A DNA stretch of 64,000 nucleotides from Actinomycetes bacterium (GTDB lineage: Bacteria > Actinomycetota > Actinomycetes > JACCUZ01): NCBI GenBank assembly GCA_038246545.1, contig JBBRVW010000001.1, forward strand, positions 11,473-75,472, read 5' to 3'. How positions within the stretch are numbered: position 1 is the first letter of the stretch; each line of letters starts with the position of its first letter. Both the position numbers and the translations under genes were made by a program. Positions 17,617-27,726 of this stretch are shown piece after piece. The notes under the pieces are model-generated. The model did no database searches, had not been told where the DNA came from, and saw nothing but the letters and a program-made list of their open reading frames with translations.

Positions 17617-18405
17617 GTGCGGATCGCCACCTTCAACCTCCTCAGCGGTCGCGGCGTGGCCGACGGCACGGTGAGCGCCGACAACCTCAGGGCCGCGGCC
17701 GAGGCCCTCGACGCCGATGTCGTCGGGCTGCAGGAGGTCGACCGGCTGCAGGAGCGGTCCGGTGGCACCGACCAGACGGCTTGCGTCGCGGAGGCGCTCG
17801 GCGCACGGTGGTGGCGCTTCGTCCCTGCGGTGGAGGGCACGCCCGGTGCTGCCTGGACCCCGTCATCGGCGGACGACGGCGCCGACGTCGAGGGACCGTC
17901 GTACGGGCTGGCACTGGTGTCGCGGCTGCCGGTGCTGTCCTGGCGGGTGCGCCGCTTCGGCCCGGCGCCGTTCGGCCTGCCGCTGCTGGTGCCCGGCACA
18001 CGCGGCCTGACACGGGTGCCGGACGAGCCACGGGTCGCCCTCGCCGCGGTCGTGGCGGGCCCGAGCGGGCCGTTCACGGTCGTCACCGCGCACCTCTCGT
18101 TCGTGCCCGGCTGGAACGTCCGGCAGCTGCGGGCGGTGTCCTGCTGGGCGGCGTCGTTCCCCGGGCCGCGGCTGCTCGTCGGGGACTTCAACCTGCCGGG
18201 GTCGCTCCCGCGGCGGCTCACCGGCTGGTCGCAGCTGGCCAGGGTCGCGACCTACCCGTCGTGGCGGCCGCGGGTGCAGCTCGACCACGTGCTGTCGGAC
18301 CGGCCGACCGAGGTGTCGGCCGCGAGGGCTCTGCAGCTGCCGGTGAGCGACCACTGCGCCCTGGCGGTCGACCTCGCGGATCCGGCTGCCCCCACTCGGG
18401 GGTGA
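17617..18405 (+). CDS. endonuclease/exonuclease/phosphatase (EEP) family protein
   Basis: RIATFNLLSG, VVGLQEVD, TAHLSF and SDHCAL. Confidence 0.8.
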   Translation: MRIATFNLLSGRGVADGTVSADNLRAAAEALDADVVGLQEVDRLQERSGGTDQTACVAEALGARWWRFVPAVEGTPGAAWTPSSADDGADVEGPSYGLALVSRLPVLSWRVRRFGPAPFGLPLLVPGTRGLTRVPDEPRVALAAVVAGPSGPFTVVTAHLSFVPGWNVRQLRAVSCWAASFPGPRLLVGDFNLPGSLPRRLTGWSQLARVATYPSWRPRVQLDHVLSDRPTEVSAARALQLPVSDHCALAVDLADPAAPTRG

Positions 18406-18466
18406 GCGCCCGGCTGCCGGGAAGGGGCAGGGCGACCCTGCGCCGCACACCACGAGAGGACGTCCC

Positions 18467-18763
18467 ATGACCGGCAAGTCCCTATGGGTCCCGCTGACCG
18501 CCAAGCCCGGCAAGGAGTCCGAGGTCGAGGAGTTCCTCACCGGGGCGCTCCCGCTCGTCGAGGCGGAGCCCGCAACGCGCACCTGGTACGCCTTGCGCCT
18601 CGACGAGTCACACTTCGGTATCTTCGACACCTTCGACGACGACGACGGCCGGCAGGCGCACCTGGACGGCAAGGTCGCGGAGGCGCTGATGGCCAGGGCC
18701 GACGAGCTGTTCAGCGAGCCCCCGCAGATCAACCCGATGGACGTGCTGGCCAGCAAGCCGTAG
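18467..18763 (+). CDS. antibiotic-biosynthesis-monooxygenase (ABM/Dabb) family protein
   Basis: 98 aa ferredoxin-like ABM pattern (TRTWYALRLDESHFGIFDTFDD). Confidence 0.75.
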   Translation: MTGKSLWVPLTAKPGKESEVEEFLTGALPLVEAEPATRTWYALRLDESHFGIFDTFDDDDGRQAHLDGKVAEALMARADELFSEPPQINPMDVLASKP

Positions 18764-18766
18764 AGC

Positions 18767-19780
18767 TCACTGGTAGGAGACCATCACCGGCCGTGGGTGC
18801 CGGCGCATGGTCGCCGCCGGCCGGTACGTCGGGTGGTCCTCGTCGTAGAAGTTCTTCCAGCCCAGCCGGGTGCCCGCGGGGCGTGCGTGCCGGACGGCGT
18901 CCCAGGTGGCCTCCTTCTGCGGCGAGCCCCCCTGGCCGTCCATGTGCAGCAGCACCGCGAGCTCGGGCCGGTCGACCCGGAGCAGCCGCTCGCGGCCGAT
19001 CATCGAAAGCCGGAACTGGTGGACGACGAACAGCTTCTGCGGCAGACCCTCGCTGCGCACCAGCGCGGCCAGCCAGGCGGTGGTGCGGTTGATCTCGGTC
19101 GCGTCGATGCTGCCGATCTGCTCGAGCGGTCGCTGCCCCCGCTGCAGCTTCCACTCCGGGTCGACCGCGAGCCCGACGTGCGGCAGCCGGAGCAGGGCCC
19201 GGTAGCGCATCGCCTGGTCCAGCAGGTCGGCGCGGCCGGGCTGGAGGTCCAGCACGACGAGCATCCCGGCCCGGCCGGCCGCCTTGACCCAGGGGCGGAG
19301 CGACCGCACCGACGACTCCCCCGAGTAGTCGCCGTCGCTGCCCTTGGACCGCTGCGCCACCGTGGCGATGATCTCGAACGCGGGGACGACGGGGTCGTCG
19401 GTGAGCCGGCGGTACGGCTTGGCCACTGCGCGGGCCCGCTCGACGGCGGCGGCCACGCCCTGCTCCCCCAGCACCCCGAGCGACCGCGCGCCGGGGTGGC
19501 CGTACAGGGCGACGAGCAGCCGGCCCGGGAAGAGGACCCGACCGCCGCCCGGCAGCTCGGCGCGGGTCGCGGCGGGCGTCCCAGTCGGTGTCGGCGCGGC
19601 CGTCGCGGTGGGTGTCGATGTCGGGGTCGTCGTCGTCGGAGATGCCGTCACCGCGGGGGTGGCTCGCGCGGTCGTGGACCCTGCTGACGGTGGACCGACG
19701 CCCGACGGGGAGGCGGCCACCAGCGCGGTCGCCGCGAGCGGGACCGCGACCACGGCGAGGGGCCACCAGCGACGTCGCAC
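18767..19780 (-). CDS. secreted protein: signal peptide, Thr/Pro-rich linker, and a C-terminal domain of unknown function
   Basis: MRRRWWPLAVVAVPLAATALVAA, then ATPAVTASPTTTTPTSTPTATAAPTPTGTPAAT, then a roughly 230-aa domain. Start chosen at the GTG before the signal peptide. The rest of the 596-aa track ORF is rejected. Confidence 0.55.
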   Translation of the reverse strand: MRRRWWPLAVVAVPLAATALVAASPSGVGPPSAGSTTARATPAVTASPTTTTPTSTPTATAAPTPTGTPAATRAELPGGGRVLFPGRLLVALYGHPGARSLGVLGEQGVAAAVERARAVAKPYRRLTDDPVVPAFEIIATVAQRSKGSDGDYSGESSVRSLRPWVKAAGRAGMLVVLDLQPGRADLLDQAMRYRALLRLPHVGLAVDPEWKLQRGQRPLEQIGSIDATEINRTTAWLAALVRSEGLPQKLFVVHQFRLSMIGRERLLRVDRPELAVLLHMDGQGGSPQKEATWDAVRHARPAGTRLGWKNFYDEDHPTYRPAATMRRHPRPVMVSYQ

Positions 19781-19906
19781 CCGCCCACTGTGACGGCCCA
19801 CGACCGCCGGGCGGCAGCGACGCGCGGGCCGACCCGTGACTCCAGGGCCGGCGAACTCCCGGCAGGGCGGGGTCCGGGATGCCAGGGTGTACGGGTGCCT
19901 CACCTG

Positions 19907-20749
19907 ATGCTCGGCTGGAAGATCGCGCTGCTCGGCGCCCTGGCCCTGCTCGTCGCCGGCGCCCTGCTGGCCCTGCTCCGGCCCACCGGTCGTCGCGGCC
20001 GCGCCGCGGTCGCCGCGGTCCGCGAGAGCGGCATCGTGCTCGCCCTGTTCTCGTTCTGGCAGCTCGCCGGAACCCTCGCGCACCACTCCGCCGCCGGCGC
20101 GGTGGGACGCGGCGAGCGGATCCTGGAGATCGAGCGGACCCTGCACATCGCCACCGAGCACGGCACCCAGGACCTCGTCCTGCCGCACTCGTTGCTCACC
20201 CAGCTCTGCAACGGCTTCTACGTCTACGGCCACTTCAACGGGCTGATCATCTTTCTCGGCTGGATCTTCTGGCGGCACCGCTCGCTCTACCCGTCGGTCC
20301 GGATGTCGGTGGTGCTGGTCACCGCGAGCTGCTTCCTCCTGCACCTCGTCAAGGTCGCGCCGCCACGGCTGTTGCCGGGCGGTGGGTTCGTCGACACCGC
20401 GGCGCGGTACGGCCAGTCGGTCTACGGCCCCACGACCGTCGAGGTCGCCGACCAGCTGTCCGCGTTCCCGTCGGTGCACGTCGGCTGGGCGGCGATCGTC
20501 GCGTGGTGGTCCTGGCGTGCCAGCCCATGGCGGTGGGGGTGGGTCGGGGTCGCACACTTCCTGGCGACGTCATTCGTCGTCGTCGCCACGGCCAACCACT
20601 ACTGGCTCGATGGCATCGCCGCCATGGGGATCCTCGCCGTGGCGCTCGCCCTGCAGGCCGTCGTCCCGGCCGCCTGGCGCCGGGTCCGCCGGCCCGCGGC
20701 CGCGCCGCTGGTCGACGACCCGGCCACCGAGCCGGCCCTGGCCGGTTGA
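19907..20749 (+). CDS. PAP2-like integral membrane phosphatase/transferase (inositol-phosphotransferase-like)
   Basis: Multiple transmembrane helices and the PAP2 motifs SFPSVH and ANHYWLD. Confidence 0.6.
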   Translation: MLGWKIALLGALALLVAGALLALLRPTGRRGRAAVAAVRESGIVLALFSFWQLAGTLAHHSAAGAVGRGERILEIERTLHIATEHGTQDLVLPHSLLTQLCNGFYVYGHFNGLIIFLGWIFWRHRSLYPSVRMSVVLVTASCFLLHLVKVAPPRLLPGGGFVDTAARYGQSVYGPTTVEVADQLSAFPSVHVGWAAIVAWWSWRASPWRWGWVGVAHFLATSFVVVATANHYWLDGIAAMGILAVALALQAVVPAAWRRVRRPAAAPLVDDPATEPALAG

Positions 20750-20950
20750 CCGCAGCCGGCGGTGCCGCTGGGCTACCCGTGTCCGTAGGGAAGGACCCAC
20801 CGGAACGCGGAACGGCCCGGGCGCCGGCACCAGCAGCCCGTCGAGCACCCGCAGCGGGTGACGCCGGACGCCTCGAGCAGCTTCCCGACCACCGCCGCCA
20901 GCAGGTACAGCGCTATCGCCCTGCGGACCAGACGTCCCATGCCCGGCACG

Positions 20951-23900
20951 CTAGCCCTCGCGGACCCGTGGGACCGAGCGGATCAGTGCGGTGAGCTGCT
21001 CCCCGTCGAGCAGGTCGGCGGGCCGGACCGTGACGCCCGCCGCGACGTGGTGGAAGGCGGCGCGGATGCGGTCGAGCGGCGTGCCGGTCAGGCGGTGCCA
21101 GGCCAGCCGGTACACAGCGAGCTGGACGGCGGCCGCGGTGCCCTCCGCGCCGGTGCGCGGCGGGCCGGTCTTCCAGTCGACGACGTCGACCAGGCCGTCG
21201 GGCGCGTCGGTGAACACGGCGTCACAGCGACCGCGCAGCAGCAGACCGTCGACGACCATGTCGAAGGGCAGCTCGACCTCGGCCGGGGTGCGCGCGGCCC
21301 ACTCGCTGGCCTCGAACGCCGCCTGCAGCGCGAGCAGGTCGTCGTCGGCCTGCCCCGTGAGGGCCGTGTCGTCGGCCGCACCCGGCAGCTCGTCGACGTC
21401 GAGCAGCCGCTGCTGCCCCCACCGCGCCTCCAGCCAGAGGTGGAACCGGGTGCCCCGGCGGGCCAGCGGCGCCGGCTTGCGGGGCAGCGGCCGTCGCAGC
21501 GACCGGGCCAGCTCGCCGGGGTCGCGGCGCAGCACGACCAGCTGGGACACCGTGAGCCGGGACGGCAGCTGGACGGGCGCGTCGGCGCCGGACCGCTGCC
21601 GCTGGCGGTCGAGCTCGGCGAGCAGCAGCTCGAGCTCGGCGTCCCAGTCGTCGACTCGCTCGCGGTGGCTGTCGTCGACGGCCGGGGCGGAGCCGCCGGC
21701 CGCGCGGACCAGGGCGGCCCCGGCCTCCAGCGCGGCGCGTCGCCGGCCCAGCGGGTCACCGGGCCAGCGCAGCGTTGCCGGAACGGCCGCCATCGGGTTG
21801 GGGCCGTCGGCCTCGGGCGGCTCGGCCCAGACCGCGACCTCGCCGCCCCCGGCGGCGCACAGGTCGCGCAGCTGACCGAGCAGCTCGGAGGGCCCACGCG
21901 GCTTGGTGTTGGTGTCCCACCAGTAGCCGGAGCAGAGCAGCAGGTCGCGGGCCCGGGTGACGGCGACGTAGGCGAGCCGACGCTCCTCGAGCGCACCCCG
22001 CGCCTTGCAGGTCTCGCGGAAGTCGGTGAGCAGGTCGCGGGCGGCCACCTGGTCGCCGGCGTCCTCCCAGCGCAGCACCGGCAGCTCGGACCGGTCGCCG
22101 CGCAGCGGGAACGGCAGGGTGGCGACCTGCTTGGTCCAGTCGGCGACCGGCTGCCCGTCGACCGGGAACACCGACCGGGCCATCCCCGCCACTGCGACGA
22201 CGTCCCACTCGAGGCCCTTGGCGGCGTGCACGGTCATCAGCTGCACGCGGGACGCGTCGGGCTCGGCGATCTCGATCTCGAGACCGCGCTCCTGCTCCTG
22301 GGCGGCGTCGAGATAGGCGAGGAACGCCAGCAGGCCGGGGTCCTCGCCGGACGTGGCGAACTCCTCGGCGACCTCGACCAGCCGGTCGACGTCGAGCAGT
22401 GCGTCGCCCGCGCGGACACCGGGCCGGGCCGCGAGCTCGACGTCGAGGTCGAGCGCGCGGACCACCGACATGACGAGGTCCGGCAAGGCGGAGGCGGTGA
22501 AGCGGCGCAGCCGGCGCAGCTCGTCGCGCAGGGCCACGAGCCGCCGATGCCCCTCGGCGGAGTAGGCACCCTGGTCACCCGGCTGGTCGACCGCGTCGAC
22601 GAGGCTGCGCTCGTCGACGGCGTCGTACTCGGGGTCGCTGCGGTCGGCCGGCCCATCACGGTCCGCCGCCGGGCCGGTAGCGCCGTCGGCGGCGGCCGGC
22701 CGGAGGCCACCGACCGAGAGCCTGCGGGCCTGCCGGCCGAGCGCGTCGAGGTCGCGTGGGCCCAGCCGCCACCGGGGCCCGGTGAGCAGCCGGAGCAGCG
22801 CGGCCCCGGCCGTGGGGTCGGCCAGCACCCGCAGGGTGCTCACGACGTCGACCACCTCGGGCTCGAGCAGCAGGCCGCCGAGGCCGACCACCTCGCAGGG
22901 GACGCCGCGCTCGCGCAGCGCCGCCTCGAGCCGCGGGAAGTGCGAGCGCTTGCGGGCCAGCACGGCGACCTTCCCCCAGTCGAGCCGGTCGTCGCCGCGG
23001 GCCGGGTCGCCGAGAGCAGCCACCTCGTCGGCGATCCAGGTGGCCTCGTCGGCGACGGTCTCGTGCAGCGCGGTGACCAGCCGGCCGCGCCCCTCGCGGC
23101 CGGGACCGGGCCGCAGGTGGCGGTCGGCGCCGGCCTCGCGGAGCGGGATGCCGTCGGCCACGAGGTTGGCGGCGCCGAGGACGCCCTCGCCGTTGCGGAA
23201 GCTCACCGTGAGCCGGCTGGACCCGCCGCGCTCCTCGGCACCGGCCGGCCCCTCGCCGCCACCACCGTCGGCGCCCTCGGCGCCGGCGAAGTCGTCGAGG
23301 AACCGCTCGAGGTTGCCAGCGCTGGCCCCACGCCAGCCGTAGATGGACTGCCGGGGGTCGCCGACCGCGGTGACCGGGTGGCCGGTGCCGAACAGCGAGG
23401 TGAGCAGCACCCGCTGCGCCTCACCGGTGTCCTGGTACTCGTCGAGCAGTACGGCGGCATAGCGGCCGCGCTCGATCTCGCCGACCTCGGGATGGTCGCG
23501 CGCGATGCAGGCGGCGACCGCGACCTGGTCGCCGTAGTCCATCGCGCCGCGGCGTCGCTTGGCGGCGGTGTAGTCGCGCACGAGCGGCAGCAGCGCGAGC
23601 CGCGCGTCGAGCAGGGCCAGCATCTTGGTGACGTCGGCGTACTGACCGGCGGCCTTCTGCCCCTGGGCGCGGGGCAGGCCCAGCAGGTGGTCGCGGACGC
23701 GCGACGTGAGGGCCACGACCTCGTCGGGGTCGCGCAGGTGCTCGGCGAGCTCGCCGGCCAGCGCGAGCACGTCGCCCACGACGGTCGTCGGCGCGCGGTC
23801 GACGTCGTCCATCGCACCGTCGTAGGACTCGACGACCTGGGCGGCGTACTGCCAGCTCACGGCCTCGCCGACCAGCCGGCTGCTCGGCTCGAGACCGATG

Positions 23901-24382
23901 CGCAGGGCGTGCTCGCCGACCAGCGCGGCGGCGTAGGAGTGGTAGGTCGTGACGGTGGGCTCACCGGTGCGCAGCGACGCGGCGACGTCGTCGTCGAGGA
24001 ACGGCTCGGACTCGTGGGCGAACCGCAGCCGAGCGAGCATCCGGCGCACCCGCTCCCCCAGCTCGGACGCCGCCTTCCGCGTGAACGTGAGCCCGAGCAC
24101 CCGGTGCGGCTCGACCAGCCCGTTGGCCACCAGCCAGACGACCCGCAGTCCCATGGTCTGGGTCTTGCCGGAGCCGGCACCGGCGACCACGACGTGCGGG
24201 CGCAGCGGCGCGGTGACGGCCCCGGTCTGCTCGGGCGTGGGCGGGAAGGCCTCGCCCAGCCGGCGGGACAGCTCGGCGGGGCTGAGCAGCGTGCCGCGCA
24301 CCGCCGGGGGGGCGCCGGCGTCGTCGAACATCTCGACCTGGCCGGCGACCGGCCTGCCACGGGTGCGGCGCCCGGGGCTCAC
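20951..24382 (-). CDS. adnB: AdnB-type helicase-nuclease subunit (UvrD-like motor plus RecB-like nuclease)
   Basis: GAGSGKT, DEYQDT, HAAKGLEWD and VAVTRAR motor motifs, then a C-terminal PD-(D/E)xK nuclease region. The GTG start overlaps the adnA stop (GTGA). Confidence 0.85.
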   Translation of the reverse strand: MSPGRRTRGRPVAGQVEMFDDAGAPPAVRGTLLSPAELSRRLGEAFPPTPEQTGAVTAPLRPHVVVAGAGSGKTQTMGLRVVWLVANGLVEPHRVLGLTFTRKAASELGERVRRMLARLRFAHESEPFLDDDVAASLRTGEPTVTTYHSYAAALVGEHALRIGLEPSSRLVGEAVSWQYAAQVVESYDGAMDDVDRAPTTVVGDVLALAGELAEHLRDPDEVVALTSRVRDHLLGLPRAQGQKAAGQYADVTKMLALLDARLALLPLVRDYTAAKRRRGAMDYGDQVAVAACIARDHPEVGEIERGRYAAVLLDEYQDTGEAQRVLLTSLFGTGHPVTAVGDPRQSIYGWRGASAGNLERFLDDFAGAEGADGGGGEGPAGAEERGGSSRLTVSFRNGEGVLGAANLVADGIPLREAGADRHLRPGPGREGRGRLVTALHETVADEATWIADEVAALGDPARGDDRLDWGKVAVLARKRSHFPRLEAALRERGVPCEVVGLGGLLLEPEVVDVVSTLRVLADPTAGAALLRLLTGPRWRLGPRDLDALGRQARRLSVGGLRPAAADGATGPAADRDGPADRSDPEYDAVDERSLVDAVDQPGDQGAYSAEGHRRLVALRDELRRLRRFTASALPDLVMSVVRALDLDVELAARPGVRAGDALLDVDRLVEVAEEFATSGEDPGLLAFLAYLDAAQEQERGLEIEIAEPDASRVQLMTVHAAKGLEWDVVAVAGMARSVFPVDGQPVADWTKQVATLPFPLRGDRSELPVLRWEDAGDQVAARDLLTDFRETCKARGALEERRLAYVAVTRARDLLLCSGYWWDTNTKPRGPSELLGQLRDLCAAGGGEVAVWAEPPEADGPNPMAAVPATLRWPGDPLGRRRAALEAGAALVRAAGGSAPAVDDSHRERVDDWDAELELLLAELDRQRQRSGADAPVQLPSRLTVSQLVVLRRDPGELARSLRRPLPRKPAPLARRGTRFHLWLEARWGQQRLLDVDELPGAADDTALTGQADDDLLALQAAFEASEWAARTPAEVELPFDMVVDGLLLRGRCDAVFTDAPDGLVDVVDWKTGPPRTGAEGTAAAVQLAVYRLAWHRLTGTPLDRIRAAFHHVAAGVTVRPADLLDGEQLTALIRSVPRVREG

Positions 24383-27300
24383 GTGGTCACCGTCCGGCCG
24401 TCCTCCTGGACCGGGCAGCTGGTGCGCACCGGGCAGTAGCCGCAGTAGCGGTTCTCGACGGCGGAGAACGCGGATCCGGCCATGCCGTCGGCGACCTCGA
24501 GAACCAGCCGGCGGGCCCAGCCCGGGTCGTCGCCGTCGACCAGCGGCTCCTGGGCCTGCACGGCGTACTTCGCGCCGCCGGCCTTGCCCACCTGCACCAG
24601 CTCCGCCCCGCCACTGGCCGACAGGCCGTCGAACGCGCCGGCCTCGACGGCGAGCTGGTAGGTGGCGAGCTGGCCGTGGCTGGGGAGCTCCTCCGGCGGC
24701 ACCTTCGAGGTGCCTGTCTTGAGGTCGACGACGACGGCGCGGCCGAGGTCGTCGCGCTCGATGCGGTCGACCCGGCCACCGAGCCGGGCGCGGCCGACCT
24801 CGGCGGCGAACTCCAGCTCGGTGGCGACGACCTCGCGGCCGTTGTCGGCCAGCCACCGCGCCAGCCGCCGGACCATGCCCTCGGCCTTCTCGCGCTCCTT
24901 GCGGGCGACCCAGCCGGCCCCGAGGTCGACAGACGGCAGCAGCGACCGGAGCCGGGCCTGCAGTGCCGGCTCGGTGCTCTGCTCCGGCGTGGTCGCTGCC
25001 TCTGCCACGGCGTGCACGAGGGTGCCGACGGTCTGTGCCGCCCCGGCCGGGTCGCCACCGCCGACGTGCTCGAGGAACCACCGCAGCTCGCAGCGTCGGA
25101 ACGACTCGACCTTCGACGGGCTGACCGCCACCGGCTCGCCGTCGGCGCGGACCGGGCGCTCGTCCGAGAGCGGTGCCAGCCCCCACCACGCGGACGGGTC
25201 GGCGCCGCGGGCGCGGGCGGCGGCCAGGGTCGCCAGCCGGTGCGCGGCGGCCGTCCGCAGGTCGGCGGGTGTCGACTCGTCGGCGACCGTCTGCCGGAGG
25301 TCGGCCACCAGACTGGTGAGCGACATGGCGCGCCGGACCACCGCGAGCGGGCGCGGGTCGTGCCCGGTGGGCGGGTCGATCTCGTCGAGGAACCGGGACG
25401 GGCTCAGCCCCTCGCGCTCGCTGCTGACCGCGGTCACCAGCAGCGAGCGCCGGGCCCGGGTCACCGCGACGTAGAACAGCCGGCGCTCCTCCACGAGCAG
25501 CCGGCCGAGGGTGGCGGCGTTGGCGACCGCTGGTGCGGTGCGCTCGGCGCCGGGTCGGAGCAGGTCGACCAGCCGCTCGGAGCCGAGGAAGGAGCCGCGC
25601 ATCCGCAGGTCCGGCCAGCTGCCCTCCTGCACCCCGGCCACGCACACGACGTCCCACTCGAGGCCCTTGCTCGCGTGCGCGGTGAGCACCTGGACGGCGT
25701 GTTCGGCCACCGGCCGTACCGACGGCTCGTCACCGGGGATCTGCTGCCCCGCGAGGTGGTCGACGAAGCCCTCGGGACCCGCGCCCGGCAGGCGGTCGCA
25801 GAACCGGGCCGCGGTGTCGAACAGGGCGACCACGGCGTCGAGGTCGCGGTCGGCCGCCTCACCTGCAGGGCCGCCCTCGCGGCTGGACCGATCCCAGCGG
25901 GTGGCGAGGCCGGAGCGGTCCCAGAGCTCCCACAGGACGTCCTCCGCGGTGGCCCCCGGTGCCGCGACGGCGTCGCGCGCCGCGCGGAGCAGCCCAGCGA
26001 CGGCGGTCGCGGGACGGCTTGCTGACCGCTCGAGCGTGGTGAGGACGGCGGGCTCCTCGAGCGCCTCGACGAGGAGCGGCCCGGACGGGCGGCCACCACC
26101 CGCGGCCAGCTCGTCACGCCGTAGCGCCTGCCGCAGCCGGCGCAGCGCCATCACGTCGGCACCGCCGACCGGCGAGGTGAGCAGCTCGACGGCCGCCTCC
26201 TCGTCGAGGGTCTCGGGCCGGGTGGCGCACCGGAGCAGCAGCAGCAGCGGCCGGACCGCGGGCTCCTGCTGCAGCGGCACCTCGTCGCCGGACACGGCCA
26301 CCGGGACGCCGGCCGCGACCATCGCGCGCCGCAGCACCGGCATCGCGTGCACGGTGGAGCGGACGACCACGGCCATCCGGGACCACGGGACGCCGTCGAC
26401 GAGGTGGGCGTGGCGCAGCCGCGCGGCGACGTGGGCGGCCTCCTGGGTCTCCGACCGCAGCAGCGAGACGGCGAGCTCGCCGGGAGGGGCCTCGGGCACC
26501 GGCAGCAGGTCGCGGTGGTGCCGCGGTCCGCCGAGCCCGCGGGCGACCCGGCGGCCGGCGGCCAGCAGCTCCGCGCCGGAGCGCCGGCTGGTGCCGAGCC
26601 AGACCAGCGGTGCCGACTCGCCGGACCGGGTGCGGAAGGTGTCGCGGAAGCTGCGGATGCCGGCCACGTCGGCGCCGCGGAAGCCGTAGATCGACTGGTC
26701 GGGGTCGCCGACGGCGACCAGGTCGCGCCCCTCGCCGGAGAGCAGCCGGAGCAGCTCGACCTGCGCGGGGTCGGTGTCCTGCAGCTCGTCGACGAGGACG
26801 AGTGGCCGGGCGGCCCGCTCGGCCGAGAGCAGCGCCGGCTCGGCGATCCAGAGGCCGACCACAGCGCGGATCAGCTCGGCCGGGTCGTAGCTGGCGGCGT
26901 CGCGCAGCGCCGTGACGCCGGCGTACTGCCGCATGAAGACGGCGGCAGCCTGCCAGTCGTCGCGCCCCTGCTCACGACCCAGCCGCTCGAGCTCGGCCGG
27001 CCCCACGCCCCGCTCGTAGGCCCGCATCAGCAGGTCGCGCAGCTCCTGGGCGAAGCCACGCGTGGCGAGCGCGGGCCGCAGGCGCTCCGGCCAGCCGGTC
27101 GCGCCGCCCTCGAGGTCGCCGGCGAGCAGGTCGCGGACCACGAGGTCCTGCTCGGGGCCGGAGAGCAGCCGCGGCGCGGTGTCGCCGCGCGCTGCCGCCT
27201 CGCGCCGCAGCACGCCGAAGGCGTAGGAGTGGAACGTGCGGGCGAGCGGCTCCTTGGTGGCGCGGCCGAGTCGTGCCGTGATGCGCGACCGCAGCTCGGC

Positions 27301-27597
27301 CGCCGCCCGCCGGCCGAAGGTGAGCACCAGGACCTGCTCGGGGTCGGCTCCGGCGTCGATCCGGGCCACCACTGCCTCGACCAGGGTCGTGGTCTTGCCG
27401 GTGCCGGGCCCGGCGAGCACCAGCAGCGGCCCGTCACGGTGGTCGACGACCTCCTGCTGAGCAGGGTCGAGCACCGGTGCTGCGATCGGCCGGGCAGCCG
27501 CCCGCACCAGCCGGTACGGCGGCAGCGGGGCGGCGCGCCCGGCGCGCTGTCGCGGCTGGTTGGTCACGTCGGCCATCCCACCACGGCCCCTGGACAC
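24379..27597 (-). CDS. adnA: AdnA-type helicase-nuclease subunit
   Basis: N-terminal UvrD-like domain (GPGTGKTTTLV, DELQDT) and a C-terminal RecB-family nuclease with a Cys cluster (CGYCPVRTSC). It lies upstream of adnB in the same operon, matching the AdnA-then-AdnB order. Confidence 0.85.
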   Translation of the reverse strand: MSRGRGGMADVTNQPRQRAGRAAPLPPYRLVRAAARPIAAPVLDPAQQEVVDHRDGPLLVLAGPGTGKTTTLVEAVVARIDAGADPEQVLVLTFGRRAAAELRSRITARLGRATKEPLARTFHSYAFGVLRREAAARGDTAPRLLSGPEQDLVVRDLLAGDLEGGATGWPERLRPALATRGFAQELRDLLMRAYERGVGPAELERLGREQGRDDWQAAAVFMRQYAGVTALRDAASYDPAELIRAVVGLWIAEPALLSAERAARPLVLVDELQDTDPAQVELLRLLSGEGRDLVAVGDPDQSIYGFRGADVAGIRSFRDTFRTRSGESAPLVWLGTSRRSGAELLAAGRRVARGLGGPRHHRDLLPVPEAPPGELAVSLLRSETQEAAHVAARLRHAHLVDGVPWSRMAVVVRSTVHAMPVLRRAMVAAGVPVAVSGDEVPLQQEPAVRPLLLLLRCATRPETLDEEAAVELLTSPVGGADVMALRRLRQALRRDELAAGGGRPSGPLLVEALEEPAVLTTLERSASRPATAVAGLLRAARDAVAAPGATAEDVLWELWDRSGLATRWDRSSREGGPAGEAADRDLDAVVALFDTAARFCDRLPGAGPEGFVDHLAGQQIPGDEPSVRPVAEHAVQVLTAHASKGLEWDVVCVAGVQEGSWPDLRMRGSFLGSERLVDLLRPGAERTAPAVANAATLGRLLVEERRLFYVAVTRARRSLLVTAVSSEREGLSPSRFLDEIDPPTGHDPRPLAVVRRAMSLTSLVADLRQTVADESTPADLRTAAAHRLATLAAARARGADPSAWWGLAPLSDERPVRADGEPVAVSPSKVESFRRCELRWFLEHVGGGDPAGAAQTVGTLVHAVAEAATTPEQSTEPALQARLRSLLPSVDLGAGWVARKEREKAEGMVRRLARWLADNGREVVATELEFAAEVGRARLGGRVDRIERDDLGRAVVVDLKTGTSKVPPEELPSHGQLATYQLAVEAGAFDGLSASGGAELVQVGKAGGAKYAVQAQEPLVDGDDPGWARRLVLEVADGMAGSAFSAVENRYCGYCPVRTSCPVQEDGRTVTT

Positions 27598-27726
27598 ATC
27601 CCGGTCGCATGGTGGTGCAACCGCCGCACCGCTCGCGCCAGGGTGTCTGTGCGTCGCCCTCCTGATCCTGGGGAAGGGGCCAGCACGCCAGGATGGACGG
27701 AGGCAACCGACGCCCTGAGGAGCGCC

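Noticed and set aside
27598-27726. LexA box or RecA-NDp/PafBC-type damage-response motif upstream of adnA
   Set aside because: Looked for TCGAAC-N4-GTTCGA and TGTCGGT-like elements. Only weak partial matches (GTGTCTGTGCG). I cannot support a call without a scan against a position weight matrix.
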